Shown here: positions 1 to 9,623 of the stretch, piece after piece | Layout: each line of letters starts with the position of its first letter | Numbering within the stretch: the first letter of the stretch is position 1 | Source of the DNA: a virus | Taxonomy: Duplodnaviria > Caudoviricetes | Strand: one strand, 5' to 3' | Length of the DNA stretch: 54,925 bases | IMG/VR virus record: IMGVR_UViG_3300020021_000017 | Coordinates: 1-54,925 of that record | Position numbers and translations under genes: made by a program | Notes under the pieces: model-generated | The model's input: the letters and a program-made list of their open reading frames with translations, nothing else | Told to the model about the DNA's origin: nothing | Database searches by the model: none

Positions 1-16
1 AAATGAGATCTAGGTT
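1..16 (+). repeat. Terminal overlap AAATGAGATCTAGGTT, identical to 54910-54925 (circular assembly join)
   Basis: Direct sequence identity; the ORF starting at 54438 continues in frame across the join. Confidence 0.9.
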
Positions 17-131
17 TGGAAAAGAACAATGGAAAGTAACCGATAAAGGCGTAACTGCGAATTTAATTAAACAATATAAGCCTTTTCTTTCTTTACTTAA
101 AAAACAAGTTCCTCGTAGTAAAGGAAAATAA
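1..131 (+). CDS. 3' end of hexapeptide-repeat protein copy 2 (continues from 54438)
   Basis: Translates ...MRSRFGKEQWKVTDKG...PRSKGK*, the same as the C-terminus of 52402..53184. Confidence 0.85.
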   Translation, partial: MRSRFGKEQWKVTDKGVTANLIKQYKPFLSLLKKQVPRSKGK

Positions 132-133
132 TT

Positions 134-343
134 ATGTATGCCCGAGTTATCATACCTATGCTCATACCTTCTATGTATGAACCTGTATGTAAATGTATGC
201 TATCCGATATAACCGACCGCGCAATTCGTGAATTGTTATACGAAGTAGAGGACTATATATGGAATGTTAACGCATATATATGGGACGAAGTTGAAATCAT
301 GAATTCAAAGCTACGTAAGGATAGATTTAATATTTATGAATAA
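134..343 (+). CDS. Small early protein, V/I-W-x-x-V helical family
   Basis: Overlapping-ORF chain; EVEDYIWNVNAYIWDEV periodicity. Confidence 0.6.
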   Translation: MYARVIIPMLIPSMYEPVCKCMLSDITDRAIRELLYEVEDYIWNVNAYIWDEVEIMNSKLRKDRFNIYE

Positions 344-521
344 GGTAATAAAAAGAGAGGATATAATTAGTTGTTCTGACTTCAAAAAAGCATGGGCACA
401 AGTACACACTTCCATTTGGATATGGATTATTAACCAAAATGATGTTCAAGTACTAAGAATTAGGCTACAGATTAAGGCGGAACTAAAGGAATATGAATGT
501 AGAGATAAAAATAATGAATAA
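336..521 (+). CDS. Small early hypothetical protein
   Basis: Tightly packed + strand ORF chain. Confidence 0.55.
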   Translation: MNKVIKREDIISCSDFKKAWAQVHTSIWIWIINQNDVQVLRIRLQIKAELKEYECRDKNNE

Positions 522-687
522 GAGTAAAATTATTAACTATCTTATTATTTATTCATATCAGATTCTGGGAGTTTCTTTAACTCAAACACAAATAGTGCGT
601 GAATTCATGATGAACGAAGTTAATAATGAAGTCTGGAATAATTTTGGCTCATTTATAATGCAAGAATTAAAAGATAATGAATTATAA
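493..687 (+). CDS. Small early protein, V/I-W-x-x-V helical family (start may be the ATG at 514)
   Basis: EVNNEVWNN motif; packed ORF chain. Confidence 0.55.
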   Translation: MNVEIKIMNKSKIINYLIIYSYQILGVSLTQTQIVREFMMNEVNNEVWNNFGSFIMQELKDNEL

Positions 688-913
688 ATCACATGCAAAA
701 TGGAACCGTACTTATAATTGTTTAGCTCAATATTGGTTCAGTTATTGGCATCGATTTATTGGTTGTAACCCCGGTATTCTAATACAGAATCGTGTAGATA
801 TAAGTATTAGTTTCCAAGTCAACTGTGAAGTCAATGATATGGTGCGGCGCCAAGTGGTTGATGAAGTACGAAACATAATTGCAACACAATGTATTGATAA
901 TATATATAAATAA
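677..913 (+). CDS. Small early protein, helical repeat family
   Basis: QVNCEVNDMVRRQVVDEVRN periodicity. Confidence 0.55.
   Translation: MNYKSHAKWNRTYNCLAQYWFSYWHRFIGCNPGILIQNRVDISISFQVNCEVNDMVRRQVVDEVRNIIATQCIDNIYK
871..903 (+). promoter_or_regulatory. Phage early promoter motif AAACATAATTGCAA-N13-TAATAT
   Basis: One of four copies with identical spacing; AAAGGAG RBS downstream. Confidence 0.7.
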
Positions 914-924
914 AGGAGTACAAA

Positions 925-1770
925 GTGATAGACAAACTTAGTCCGGAGCAAATTGCAAAGTTCCCTTTTTATGTAAAGAAGTGGGTGACCATTGGATTAC
1001 AAACTCATGCCCTTGACAAACCAGCGATTGAAGCCTGCTTTAATCGAATATATACTGCAATAGGCAGGCCTGCGCCTAAAAAATTTATCTACGTACAGTC
1101 TCCTTACGCAGGGCAGCAACTTACGGGCGAATTGTACTCAATTATATACGGTGCACAAGAGGCTAACTGGCTGTCTTATTATGATTACTTCAGAACCGAG
1201 TGCGGATTAGTTAAAGAGACCGAATCCTTAGTTGGTTTGTTTGAGCTTGCGCCATTATGTGGATGGTGTTGGGTATCGGATGATACCGTAGTCGTGTGTG
1301 AAAATCCCGAATCGATTAGCATGAAAGACAAAAGACTACACAATGAAACAGGCCCTGCAATCCGGTATAGCGATGGCTTTGAAGTCTATTCCTTAAATGG
1401 AGTGCGTATGAAGAAGGAGTACGTCCTAACTCCAGCATCTGAATTATCCGTACAAACTATTATGAAGGAACAAAACGTTGATATACGGCGCGAACTACTG
1501 CGCAAAGTTGGCTTGGAAAACTTCATTAAGCAAACGGGTGCAAAGTTGGTTGACGAATTGACAGTCAAATATAACAATAAGTCTATTAATTATAAGTTGT
1601 TAGATATTGATCTTGGTGATTCAGTAACTGCCCGTGTTCTAAAAATGGACAATCCGTCAATTGATGCCGTTCACGTTGAAGGAGTTGAAGAAACTTGTAA
1701 TACGGTGCAAGAGGCTTTAGCATGGAGAATGGGACTAGATACCTATTCCGAGCCAGAACAATTGACGTAA
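925..1770 (+). CDS. DUF6745-like protein
   Basis: YGAQEANWLSYYDYF, CGWCW, LHNETGPAIRYSDG and NVDIRRELL motifs; GGAG RBS. Confidence 0.75.
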   Translation: MIDKLSPEQIAKFPFYVKKWVTIGLQTHALDKPAIEACFNRIYTAIGRPAPKKFIYVQSPYAGQQLTGELYSIIYGAQEANWLSYYDYFRTECGLVKETESLVGLFELAPLCGWCWVSDDTVVVCENPESISMKDKRLHNETGPAIRYSDGFEVYSLNGVRMKKEYVLTPASELSVQTIMKEQNVDIRRELLRKVGLENFIKQTGAKLVDELTVKYNNKSINYKLLDIDLGDSVTARVLKMDNPSIDAVHVEGVEETCNTVQEALAWRMGLDTYSEPEQLT

Positions 1771-1803
1771 ACAGCCGCTTGTGGCACGAAACGGAGTGTA
1801 GTT

Positions 1804-1986
1804 ATGTTATTGACAATAAAGTTCCTAGAGAGTAAACTTAAGGAGGCTGAAACAGCTATTGCAATGTATGCAACTATGCTAGCTGAGTTAGCCAAAGTGC
1901 AAAAAGAATTGGAACAAACCAAAGCTAATAGCAACTTTTTAAAAGTTGTTACTAATAAAAATGGAAGTGAATCTTATGAAAACTAA
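1804..1986 (+). CDS. Small coiled-coil hypothetical protein
   Basis: GGAG RBS; heptad pattern. Confidence 0.55.
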   Translation: MLLTIKFLESKLKEAETAIAMYATMLAELAKVQKELEQTKANSNFLKVVTNKNGSESYEN

Positions 1987-2293
1987 AACCTTACGTATTA
2001 TCGAACAAGGTGATGTTGTCCTAATCAAAAGAAATAGGGCTGTTGCAGGCATTATGACCAAAAATAATGTTGTCCAAGAAGGCGAGCATACTGGACACGC
2101 GCACCGTATTACTTCTGGCAATGCGACTGTATTTAATCTTGATGGTCAATTGTCTATTAAAGTTCTCAGTGGCGGAGCTACAATAACACACGAAGAACAC
2201 CTCCCAGTTACTATTGAAGAAGGGGAATACGAAGTTCGAATTGTTCGTCAAAAAGATCCTTTCACCAAATTGGTTAACAAAGTAATAGATTAA
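1976..2293 (+). CDS. His-rich beta protein commonly found next to DUF6745 genes
   Basis: QGDV...GEHTGHAH...HEEH...YEVR-Q motifs. Confidence 0.7.
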   Translation: MKTKTLRIIEQGDVVLIKRNRAVAGIMTKNNVVQEGEHTGHAHRITSGNATVFNLDGQLSIKVLSGGATITHEEHLPVTIEEGEYEVRIVRQKDPFTKLVNKVID

Positions 2294-2335
2294 ATGTTAA
2301 GACATATTGCATATCTTATGTGAAAAGATGCTTGT

Positions 2336-2563
2336 GTGCGCAATAATTTAGACAACGGCACAAATAAAGAAAAGTTGCGTAAAATGATGCGGGCCAAATC
2401 CAATACGATAGCCTCTATTATTCGAAGGGCATGCAGTTTGGGTACTGCTATAAGCCTCAGAATACGTGGTGAAATATGGGACAAAGTACGAACTGAAGTC
2501 GCTAGTAATAGAATAAAACATATGTTAACCGATCAAATTAATGAGGATATAAGTGCGCAATAA
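2336..2563 (+). CDS. Tandem-duplicated small protein, copy 1
   Basis: Close paralogue of 2553..2780. Confidence 0.65.
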   Translation: MRNNLDNGTNKEKLRKMMRAKSNTIASIIRRACSLGTAISLRIRGEIWDKVRTEVASNRIKHMLTDQINEDISAQ

Positions 2564-2780
2564 TTTAGACAATGGTACAAATAAAGAAAAGTTGTGTAAA
2601 ATGATGCAGGCCAAATCCAATAAGATAGCCTCTCTTATTTGGAATGCATACAGTTTGCATGCTGCTATAAGCCCTAGAATACGTAGTGAAATATGTGACA
2701 AAGTACTAATTAAAGTCGGTAGTACTAGAATAAAACATATGTTAACCGATCAAATTAATGAGGATATAAATGCGCAATAA
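2553..2780 (+). CDS. Tandem-duplicated small protein, copy 2
   Basis: Close paralogue of 2336..2563. Confidence 0.65.
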   Translation: MRNNLDNGTNKEKLCKMMQAKSNKIASLIWNAYSLHAAISPRIRSEICDKVLIKVGSTRIKHMLTDQINEDINAQ

Positions 2781-2994
2781 TATCTTAATATTAAATTTAG
2801 TTTCGGTATTATTACTACAAAGTTTCAGTTTATTCTACGTTTCCCAAGTTCGGTCAGATCTCTTTGTGCGCACAGTTGCTTACAACTCAGCAATAGATTC
2901 ATTCGAGACCTGTATGCGCAATGAGCGCAAAGTCAAATACAAACTCAAGAAGTTAATTCAAGAAAATACCTTACCAAGTAACAATAAATGGTAG
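2770..2994 (+). CDS. Membrane-anchored hypothetical protein
   Basis: N-terminal hydrophobic helix; shares the MRNN start with the repeat units. Confidence 0.55.
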   Translation: MRNNILILNLVSVLLLQSFSLFYVSQVRSDLFVRTVAYNSAIDSFETCMRNERKVKYKLKKLIQENTLPSNNKW

Positions 2995-3033
2995 TATTAT
3001 ATTAATACAGAGAGAACAAATTAAGGAATTTAT

Positions 3034-3228
3034 ATGAATTTGAAAGATAAAGATTGGTATAGTTTAACTATTTTTTTGACTGGGGGATGGGGAGGAGGCA
3101 ATAACATCTCTTGTTCTAACCAAGTCTGGGATAATATTGGGAATAAAATGGACGATACCGAGGGCGTTACTTTACGTATTAAAGGAGCTATACGTGATCT
3201 CGATAATTTGCGATTTTTGCAAATGTGA
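3034..3228 (+). CDS. Small hypothetical protein
   Basis: AAGGA RBS; QVWDNI motif. Confidence 0.5.
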   Translation: MNLKDKDWYSLTIFLTGGWGGGNNISCSNQVWDNIGNKMDDTEGVTLRIKGAIRDLDNLRFLQM

Positions 3229-3471
3229 AACTTATCCTCTTGTAACTAAAGTATTTACTTCTAACGTTGGAGTAATTCTTTGTATTCATTGTTTATTACG
3301 AGCCAACAATATACTACGGAATGATGAATCAAGACCAAGGATTCGCAATTTAAAAGCGGTAGAGCGCAAAGCTGCAAAGTGTTTGTATTTAGAAGCGCAC
3401 TTGGAGCATGAGAGGAAAGTTAATGAAAATTAAAGATTGGTACAATTACTCGGTGTTGTGCCTTGATCATC

Positions 3472-5388
3472 CTATCCCGGTATACCGGGAACGTTCGGCA
3501 ACATTTGCGATGTCGGAGATTGCTCAGGTTGAGCTTGTGGAACGCCTGGTTGAGACTGCTGCGCTGGTATGGCCTGCGCCTGAAGGGCAGTAACATCTTG
3601 TATGTACTGACGCAACATATCTAAACTTGTTTCTTCGGCATTATCACGTTTAGCTCTGGCATAGTACTGAATACCAAATTGCAATGCTTGTGCTAAATCA
3701 TCGTAAGCCTCAGGAGGTGTATAAATACCTTCTTCAATGATCTTGTCTAGGCTTTCTTCAATATAATCAAGAGGAGCATTGGAAATATCTTCGTAGAAGT
3801 CTAGATCTGGAAAGTGTAACAATTGTTTACCAACTTGAGGAGAAATCATTCCAGCTTGCATTAACTTCTGTACTTCATCAAGCCGTCCTGCAGGCTCTTT
3901 AGGCAAACTCGATTCTGGGAAACATTGAATGATGAAATCATCTTTAGCTAAGTTAAACTCAGGAAAATCAATCTTTTCAACAGCATTCTTACCCGGACAA
4001 ACAGTGGAATAAGAGCCCTCTCTTTCAAAGATTTCTTGAGCTTTATCAATGATTTGATAAGCTAGGTCAATAAACATTTTCTCATAATTCTGCGCAGTTA
4101 TTGCAAATCTATCAGATGAAATGTTATCATAAGCTTTGATTGCTTCGCCTGAATCCAACCCTGCCGGCTTTTGACTAGAAGCTTGCATCTCAGATACACC
4201 TGATTGTTTATAGGCATATTGCACCAAACGATCACGTTCTTGGTATATCTCGGCAGGAACGCAGGGCGCAACTTCGTACTCTGGCTTTGTGCCTTGATAC
4301 TTTACAATAGCGCCGATCTGATTATTGATGTGAGCAGAGACAACTTTACTGCCCTCTTCCACGAACACCCTAGGAACACCAACAAGATTGATAGACTGCT
4401 GAATAACATAACAAAGTTTATTAATCTCATTCTGAATCCCCATTAACTGTTCGGCCAAACCTTGTGCCCAAAAGCCCAAAGTCCTTGGAGCATAATTAAA
4501 GAATATGAATGGGAAGGTTTTCTTGGTATATTCTTCTTTAAGCATTATCCCACTATTAATAGAGATAACATGTAGTCCATCTGTGGCGTCTGATCCCGAA
4601 GGAAGATGCCAAGATTCTACTACCATTACTTGATCAGATATTGAGCGATGAGAATCCCCACTTTGATCAAATGATCCGCCTTCTGCTGATTGTATAAGGG
4701 CTTTTTTAGAAGGGAACATTGCAGTTAATTGAGAACGATCCATTAACTTAAGTTGATGTAGTTGCCTTGGATTACCGTAAAGAGATTCAATTTCATCAAC
4801 ATAGATCTCGGTATTTAATGTGCGTTCAATGCAAACTTTATTGTCTACTTCGTAAATCTTTACAACACCGGTACCTAGAATGAAGCTATCTATACAAACT
4901 TGTTGCAATATTTCATTAGCCTTTAATCGATACAATTCTCCATCAGAGAACTTATTAAGATCTTTAGACAACTTACGTTTCTTGTAATCCCCACCTGATG
5001 TTAAGAATACAGGGCGGGGTTTAGATTGGGCGATTTTAGCTTTAAGAGTATCACAGCATGATTGGACCACATTGAGAGTTACTCGATCTGCATTATTCTT
5101 ATATTGAGCATTCATCTTGGTGAGGTTCACTCCAAGCCAAGAATATAGAGGCATGTTACCATAAAGACGGGCATAAAGAGCGGCTTGGTGCTGACGATAC
5201 AATTGATTGGTCTTAAGATAACCAACAACACCAAAGATAGTTCCAACCATTTCTTTAGCATCTAATTCCCACCACTTACCTTCAACAGCATAGTTGCCAT
5301 CTTTAATATCAAAGCCTTTGGAAGCTTTTTTCTTACTATTCTTGTTGTTAAGTGAGGCAATGGGATCATGTTTGGTAACTTTTGCCAT
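3472..5388 (-). CDS. Portal protein (P22/T7-like podoviral type)
   Basis: 638 aa, downstream of TerL; VVESW, PF...Y..R..GFW.QG..E.L...Q..IN and SG.AI motifs; Q/P-rich tail. Confidence 0.88.
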   Translation of the reverse strand: MAKVTKHDPIASLNNKNSKKKASKGFDIKDGNYAVEGKWWELDAKEMVGTIFGVVGYLKTNQLYRQHQAALYARLYGNMPLYSWLGVNLTKMNAQYKNNADRVTLNVVQSCCDTLKAKIAQSKPRPVFLTSGGDYKKRKLSKDLNKFSDGELYRLKANEILQQVCIDSFILGTGVVKIYEVDNKVCIERTLNTEIYVDEIESLYGNPRQLHQLKLMDRSQLTAMFPSKKALIQSAEGGSFDQSGDSHRSISDQVMVVESWHLPSGSDATDGLHVISINSGIMLKEEYTKKTFPFIFFNYAPRTLGFWAQGLAEQLMGIQNEINKLCYVIQQSINLVGVPRVFVEEGSKVVSAHINNQIGAIVKYQGTKPEYEVAPCVPAEIYQERDRLVQYAYKQSGVSEMQASSQKPAGLDSGEAIKAYDNISSDRFAITAQNYEKMFIDLAYQIIDKAQEIFEREGSYSTVCPGKNAVEKIDFPEFNLAKDDFIIQCFPESSLPKEPAGRLDEVQKLMQAGMISPQVGKQLLHFPDLDFYEDISNAPLDYIEESLDKIIEEGIYTPPEAYDDLAQALQFGIQYYARAKRDNAEETSLDMLRQYIQDVTALQAQAIPAQQSQPGVPQAQPEQSPTSQMLPNVPGIPG

Positions 5389-5416
5389 GTAATACTCGCT
5401 TTAAAATGGAATGATA

Positions 5417-5725
5417 TTAGGCTTTATCTTCAATTTGAAAAGTAGACCAGAAAAGCATATCATCGCCTTGGGGATAATCGGTTTGAATTTGTTCTACGGA
5501 GGTAGGTGGTTTTGGTATTAGCTGTTCAGTTTTTGCTTGAGTTATCAATTTTTGCTGTTTATACTTACTAAGTGTAGGAATTTTATTAGGAATTGCGTCA
5601 AGAGTTAATTCAACCACGCCCGAATATTCTTCAGCAGCGATTTCGCTTAATTTTATTTGTTTTATGCCATTTTTACGGCAAAAGTTCACTAATTTCTTAA
5701 TATTCTTGATTGGATTGTTCATCAA
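5417..5725 (-). CDS. Hypothetical protein between TerL and portal
   Basis: Operon position; LVNFCRKNGIKQIKL...DDMLFWST. Confidence 0.65.
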   Translation of the reverse strand: MMNNPIKNIKKLVNFCRKNGIKQIKLSEIAAEEYSGVVELTLDAIPNKIPTLSKYKQQKLITQAKTEQLIPKPPTSVEQIQTDYPQGDDMLFWSTFQIEDKA

Positions 5726-5817
5726 AACTGCAAGAAGTAGTTAATTCAGTAATTATATTGAGGAATTATGTTTGAGAAGATAGTTGATTGCGGTTTTATA
5801 GTTACCGCAAGTTTTAG

Positions 5818-7263
5818 TTACTTCCGCCATTTCTCTAACTCATCGAAAAGATCTTGAGGAGCGCCGCCATTTGCTTCTTCTTCATAATGCTTTACTTCAG
5901 CTGCTTCCATTTTCTCAGCTTCTTTTTGCCAGTACGATTCTGAATATAATACAGGTGTAGGTTTTGTCGATATCTCAAAATGTGCGTTTATAGGTTTGAA
6001 TGCATATAATACTGCATCACAGATATCTGAATGAAAACGTTTACTTACTACTAATTTATCTGGAGTACTTTTGTCATAATCCCACTCCATTTTGGACGCA
6101 TCTTGTGCAAATCTGGAAGTAGGTTTGGCTTTGAAGCGACCTGTTCTAAGGCAGTCATTTAGCAAGGATATATTTTCATTTTTCCTTATCTTGTCAGCTG
6201 CTTCTACAGGCAAACTCCAGCGTTTACTAAATTCTTCTTGGATCTTTTTGCCCAAAGCCCCAGCGTCAATAATAGTTTTATATGGGGCGTATTTATGCCT
6301 AAAATACTCAATATCTTGAGCTAGAGCAGATATATCTTGTTTACGAGTTATTTTTTCTTCTATCAGATATACATCTCTAGAACCAGTCGCATAGCCTAGA
6401 ATTACTAATGCATCTGCATCTTTGAAGCCAATATCTACTCCAAGCACGTAGTTATTTATTTTGGGAGGTAATTCTGTATAACTATTTAATTTCTCATCAT
6501 AATGTATAACTAATGAATCGCTGTCTAAGATCCATTCACCGAAATACTCGCGTCTTATCGAAGGATTATTTATACTTACCCCTCTACGTTTCAATTCTGC
6601 ATTCAATAGCTCTATGTGGCTTTTACCACTTAATTGTTCTATGAATACATTATCAAAATAAGTCCAATGGTGTCTACTCCATTCTTGCGCAGAATTAGTT
6701 GAAACCTCATAAAAATACCCTGCCGGTATAGGACCGGGAGTGCCCGTTAGGATTAAAGAGCCGTCCAAGTCTAACAGTGCCGGTGCTACTACATCATCGA
6801 TAAGTTGAGTTATATATTCAGGAAATGATTGTGCTTCGTCGATAAATGCTTTTTTAAGCTTTGCAATTCCTCGAAACTTCTCAATCTCAGTGCGGTCATG
6901 GGCACCAGATACATAGATTTTTGATTCATTAGGTAAAGTTAGGCTTAACTCTACTTCATTAGTCTTTCCATCAAGTTTAAACTCCCTATTGAATTGTCTC
7001 AAAACAGGCCAGATAATCGTTTTAGCGTGAGCCCTGCTAGTAGTAATATAAAGCTGATTGCAATTAGGGTTTGTAGCAGCAGTCATAAGTAGTTCCAATG
7101 CTTCTGCGTGTGATTTACCTGCGCGTCTAGAGCACATTGCAACTTTATACTTTGAGGTATCTTCAATGAAAGCAAGTTGCTTAGGAAAGCAGAGTTTACT
7201 TAAATCTATAGTAGTATTGGAGCGTTTATTAAGCTCAGCTAGTACTTTCGTCAAATTGGACAT
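5818..7263 (-). CDS. terL: Terminase large subunit
   Basis: Walker A SRRAGKS, Walker B FIDEAQ, LTGTP coupling motif, RNase H-like GVDIG...HSDICDA. Confidence 0.95.
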   Translation of the reverse strand: MSNLTKVLAELNKRSNTTIDLSKLCFPKQLAFIEDTSKYKVAMCSRRAGKSHAEALELLMTAATNPNCNQLYITTSRAHAKTIIWPVLRQFNREFKLDGKTNEVELSLTLPNESKIYVSGAHDRTEIEKFRGIAKLKKAFIDEAQSFPEYITQLIDDVVAPALLDLDGSLILTGTPGPIPAGYFYEVSTNSAQEWSRHHWTYFDNVFIEQLSGKSHIELLNAELKRRGVSINNPSIRREYFGEWILDSDSLVIHYDEKLNSYTELPPKINNYVLGVDIGFKDADALVILGYATGSRDVYLIEEKITRKQDISALAQDIEYFRHKYAPYKTIIDAGALGKKIQEEFSKRWSLPVEAADKIRKNENISLLNDCLRTGRFKAKPTSRFAQDASKMEWDYDKSTPDKLVVSKRFHSDICDAVLYAFKPINAHFEISTKPTPVLYSESYWQKEAEKMEAAEVKHYEEEANGGAPQDLFDELEKWRK

Positions 7264-7699
7264 TCTTACCCCATTTAGGTATTAAATTCTTATTGGATTT
7301 TAGTGCTTTAAGCTCAGTCATTGTGCGAGCAGTATTTATGGAGATAATATATCCAATATTCCAGCAACCTTTTGATCTTCCGTAGTTTTCCCAGCACATA
7401 TCAGGAAGAAACTTACTTTCCAAATTAGCTTTTAAAGGAGCTTGTTTGCGGGATAGATTACCAGTTTTGGTGTGATACCGATGATTGTCAGATTGTGTAA
7501 TATGAGCTACAATCTTGCGTACTTGGTAGTTGATTGCATTTTTAGCAATTTTAATAGGCAAATACATAGGATTTGTGGCAGACAACTCAGCAGTCTTAAG
7601 TTTGAGCTTAAAGCACCTGAGTGCCTTACCACGATCCTTCTTTATCTTTCGATGGTATTTACCCCAACTTCCACCAGCCTTAAGATGCTTCTTCTTCAT
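7235..7699 (-). CDS. Degenerate HNH-like protein
   Basis: LESKFLPDMCWENYG..W.I..I...NL.P.W scaffold of viral HNH nucleases, but HIDH is replaced by NIGY. Confidence 0.6.
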   Translation of the reverse strand: MKKKHLKAGGSWGKYHRKIKKDRGKALRCFKLKLKTAELSATNPMYLPIKIAKNAINYQVRKIVAHITQSDNHRYHTKTGNLSRKQAPLKANLESKFLPDMCWENYGRSKGCWNIGYIISINTARTMTELKALKSNKNLIPKWGKNVQFDESTS

Positions 7700-7916
7700 T
7701 ACCAGATTCCAAAACAGCCATAGCTTTGATATTGCCAGCGGGAACAAGAGCTTGACGCTTTGTATTGGCAACGAGCAGATAAATAAACAAAGTTTGACCA
7801 TCCCACCACATTTCCAAATCTCTACGTTTAGAGATATTAAGGCTGATATCGCCATTTAGAATGGGAGGTGCGCTCACAGCGTTGATGAAAGTAACATTGC
7901 TAATCTTAATCTTCAT
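7680..7916 (-). CDS. Hypothetical protein
   Basis: Packed operon ORF. Confidence 0.6.
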   Translation of the reverse strand: MKIKISNVTFINAVSAPPILNGDISLNISKRRDLEMWWDGQTLFIYLLVANTKRQALVPAGNIKAMAVLESGNEEEAS

Positions 7917-8225
7917 TTAATCATTTCTTTCGTTTTTAATTACAAGCGCAGCATCGGTATCGGAAACCATTTTCCAAACCTCTTCCGCAGCCCTGAATAA
8001 CTCTAATCTCGAGCCGGCCAAATGCACTTCACGATCTGAAGTAAGCATAGTATGATCTGCCCAAGCTTTAACCAATCGTTCAGTATTGAGAGCAGCTTGG
8101 ACTAATTTAAGTACTTGATCTAATTGGCTCTGCGTCATTACTTTATCTCCACTAACGACAGTACAATCAATATTCCTGCAACCATAACTATCTATAATAT
8201 GACCACAAGTACACTTTTCCATCAT
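7917..8225 (-). CDS. Hypothetical protein with N-terminal Cys cluster
   Basis: CTCGH..C..C motif; packed in operon. Confidence 0.6.
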   Translation of the reverse strand: MMEKCTCGHIIDSYGCRNIDCTVVSGDKVMTQSQLDQVLKLVQAALNTERLVKAWADHTMLTSDREVHLAGSRLELFRAAEEVWKMVSDTDAALVIKNERND

Positions 8226-8662
8226 GTCACAAAATATGGAACGTATTCCAATCCTTTAATCTTGTTTTTTAAACGACTTCCAACCTTAGTCAAATGAGTG
8301 CAATAAACAGCATTATCAGGATTAATAGAAGTACATAACAACTTAGCTACGCCATGCGTGCGGTAAGCAGGTTTACAGTAAACATAATGAAGGACTGTAG
8401 ATGCATAACCATCTTCTTTTACAAGAAAACCTAGAATAATATTGGGTTCATCCTGAAATACAGCAACTACAGAATTCTTAGCGCGTTCTAAAATACGCTC
8501 CAAAAGAATATGGTGAAATTTGTAATAGTTGTCTCTAGATATGTACCGAGTAAAGTCAGCACTGCCGTGATAGTAATTATTGAGCCAAGTACTGATAACA
8601 AAGTTATAATCTGTAGAAGCATCAAAATCACGGAGAATAACTATTTTGTCTCCTAATTCCAC
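8222..8662 (-). CDS. GNAT-family acetyltransferase
   Basis: LHYVYCKPAYRTHGVAKLL matches acetyl-CoA-binding motif A. Confidence 0.75.
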   Translation of the reverse strand: MELGDKIVILRDFDASTDYNFVISTWLNNYYHGSADFTRYISRDNYYKFHHILLERILERAKNSVVAVFQDEPNIILGFLVKEDGYASTVLHYVYCKPAYRTHGVAKLLCTSINPDNAVYCTHLTKVGSRLKNKIKGLEYVPYFVT

Positions 8663-8807
8663 GTTCTATTAATCCTATCGCTTATAGTAACTTTACCTGT
8701 TAATTGAGGACCAAAACTATAAAAATAATTGTAACCGCCTTTTCGAGAAGCTTTATACAACTCCATTTTGAATACTTTAGTTAAAATAAAATGAATTATT
8801 TTCGCTT

Positions 8808-9275
8808 TCATCTAGAGGCCCCATCCTTGTTAGTTTCCCGTACCCACTCTAAAAACTCTTTCTTAAGTCGTACTAAAATTTTACTCGCCGGTAAATCACT
8901 ACTTCTTCCACTGGTTGCACCCAATAGTTTTAGTAAAGGTCTGATCTCAGTATCCAGTTTAATTTCAATTAAGGGTGCTCCGTTTGAATGCATTTCCCAA
9001 ATTTTACGATCTAACTCTGTTGCAAAGCAATACTCATGCAAGAAGATACCTGCACTACGGTAGTACTCGAAACCATCTTCAATTTGCTCTACAGAAACCC
9101 CCATACGTGCTGCATCTTTAAGGGCAAGAATCTTAGGAACCATATCACCCATTTTGAAATGCTCAAGATCTTCAAAACCAGATTCTTTCAGTTTCTGATA
9201 CCATTCTTTTTGTAACTTCCTAAAATTAGATTGTCGGATTCGGTTGGTCTTTGGGAATGACATCTTTTGTTGCAC
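8808..9275 (-). CDS. Putative HTH / sigma region-4-like transcription regulator
   Basis: DRKIWEMHSNGAPLIEI resembles the sigma region 4 HTH entry helix. Confidence 0.45.
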   Translation of the reverse strand: MQQKMSFPKTNRIRQSNFRKLQKEWYQKLKESGFEDLEHFKMGDMVPKILALKDAARMGVSVEQIEDGFEYYRSAGIFLHEYCFATELDRKIWEMHSNGAPLIEIKLDTEIRPLLKLLGATSGRSSDLPASKILVRLKKEFLEWVRETNKDGASR

Positions 9276-9564
9276 TTTCTTGTTGTTTAGCTTCTAATTC
9301 TTGAGCTTTACGTTTTGCTTTCATATCTTGAATGATATTAAACAGGTGCTGATTATGAATCATCTTTCGCATTGCTGCAGCTAGTTCTTCTGTATCAAAT
9401 GTATCTTTCATGGAAGAATCATGCTGAAGTAATCCAGCAGCGAGTTCTTTAAGATCCAAGGTGTTCTCGAAACCATTGGCCGCAAGGAAAGAGTCAATTT
9501 GTTCGTTAACTCCTTCCGCAGTCTGTGAAACCTTAATTAGGTTAGACTTTTTCATCCAGAACAT
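9226..9564 (-). CDS. Hypothetical protein
   Basis: GGAG RBS; operon position. Confidence 0.65.
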   Translation of the reverse strand: MFWMKKSNLIKVSQTAEGVNEQIDSFLAANGFENTLDLKELAAGLLQHDSSMKDTFDTEELAAAMRKMIHNQHLFNIIQDMKAKRKAQELEAKQQESATKDVIPKDQPNPTI

Positions 9565-9623
9565 TTTCTTTTACTCCTACTTTAGGGGCATATTCTATGA
9601 TAGCATCTTCTAAATTATTAATC

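Larger units (their letters stand above)
2336..2781 (+). repeat. 217-bp tandem duplication (2336-2552, 2553-2769) plus the start of a third unit
   Basis: Ungapped alignment by eye with about two dozen substitutions. Confidence 0.95.

Noticed and set aside
1-16. Biological direct terminal repeat
   Set aside because: A 16-bp overlap in mid-gene looks like an assembly join. The same sequence occurs at ~53054, so even circularity needs read confirmation.
2336-2769. Diversity-generating retroelement template/variable repeat pair
   Set aside because: Differences involve all four bases rather than only adenines, and no reverse transcriptase is present.
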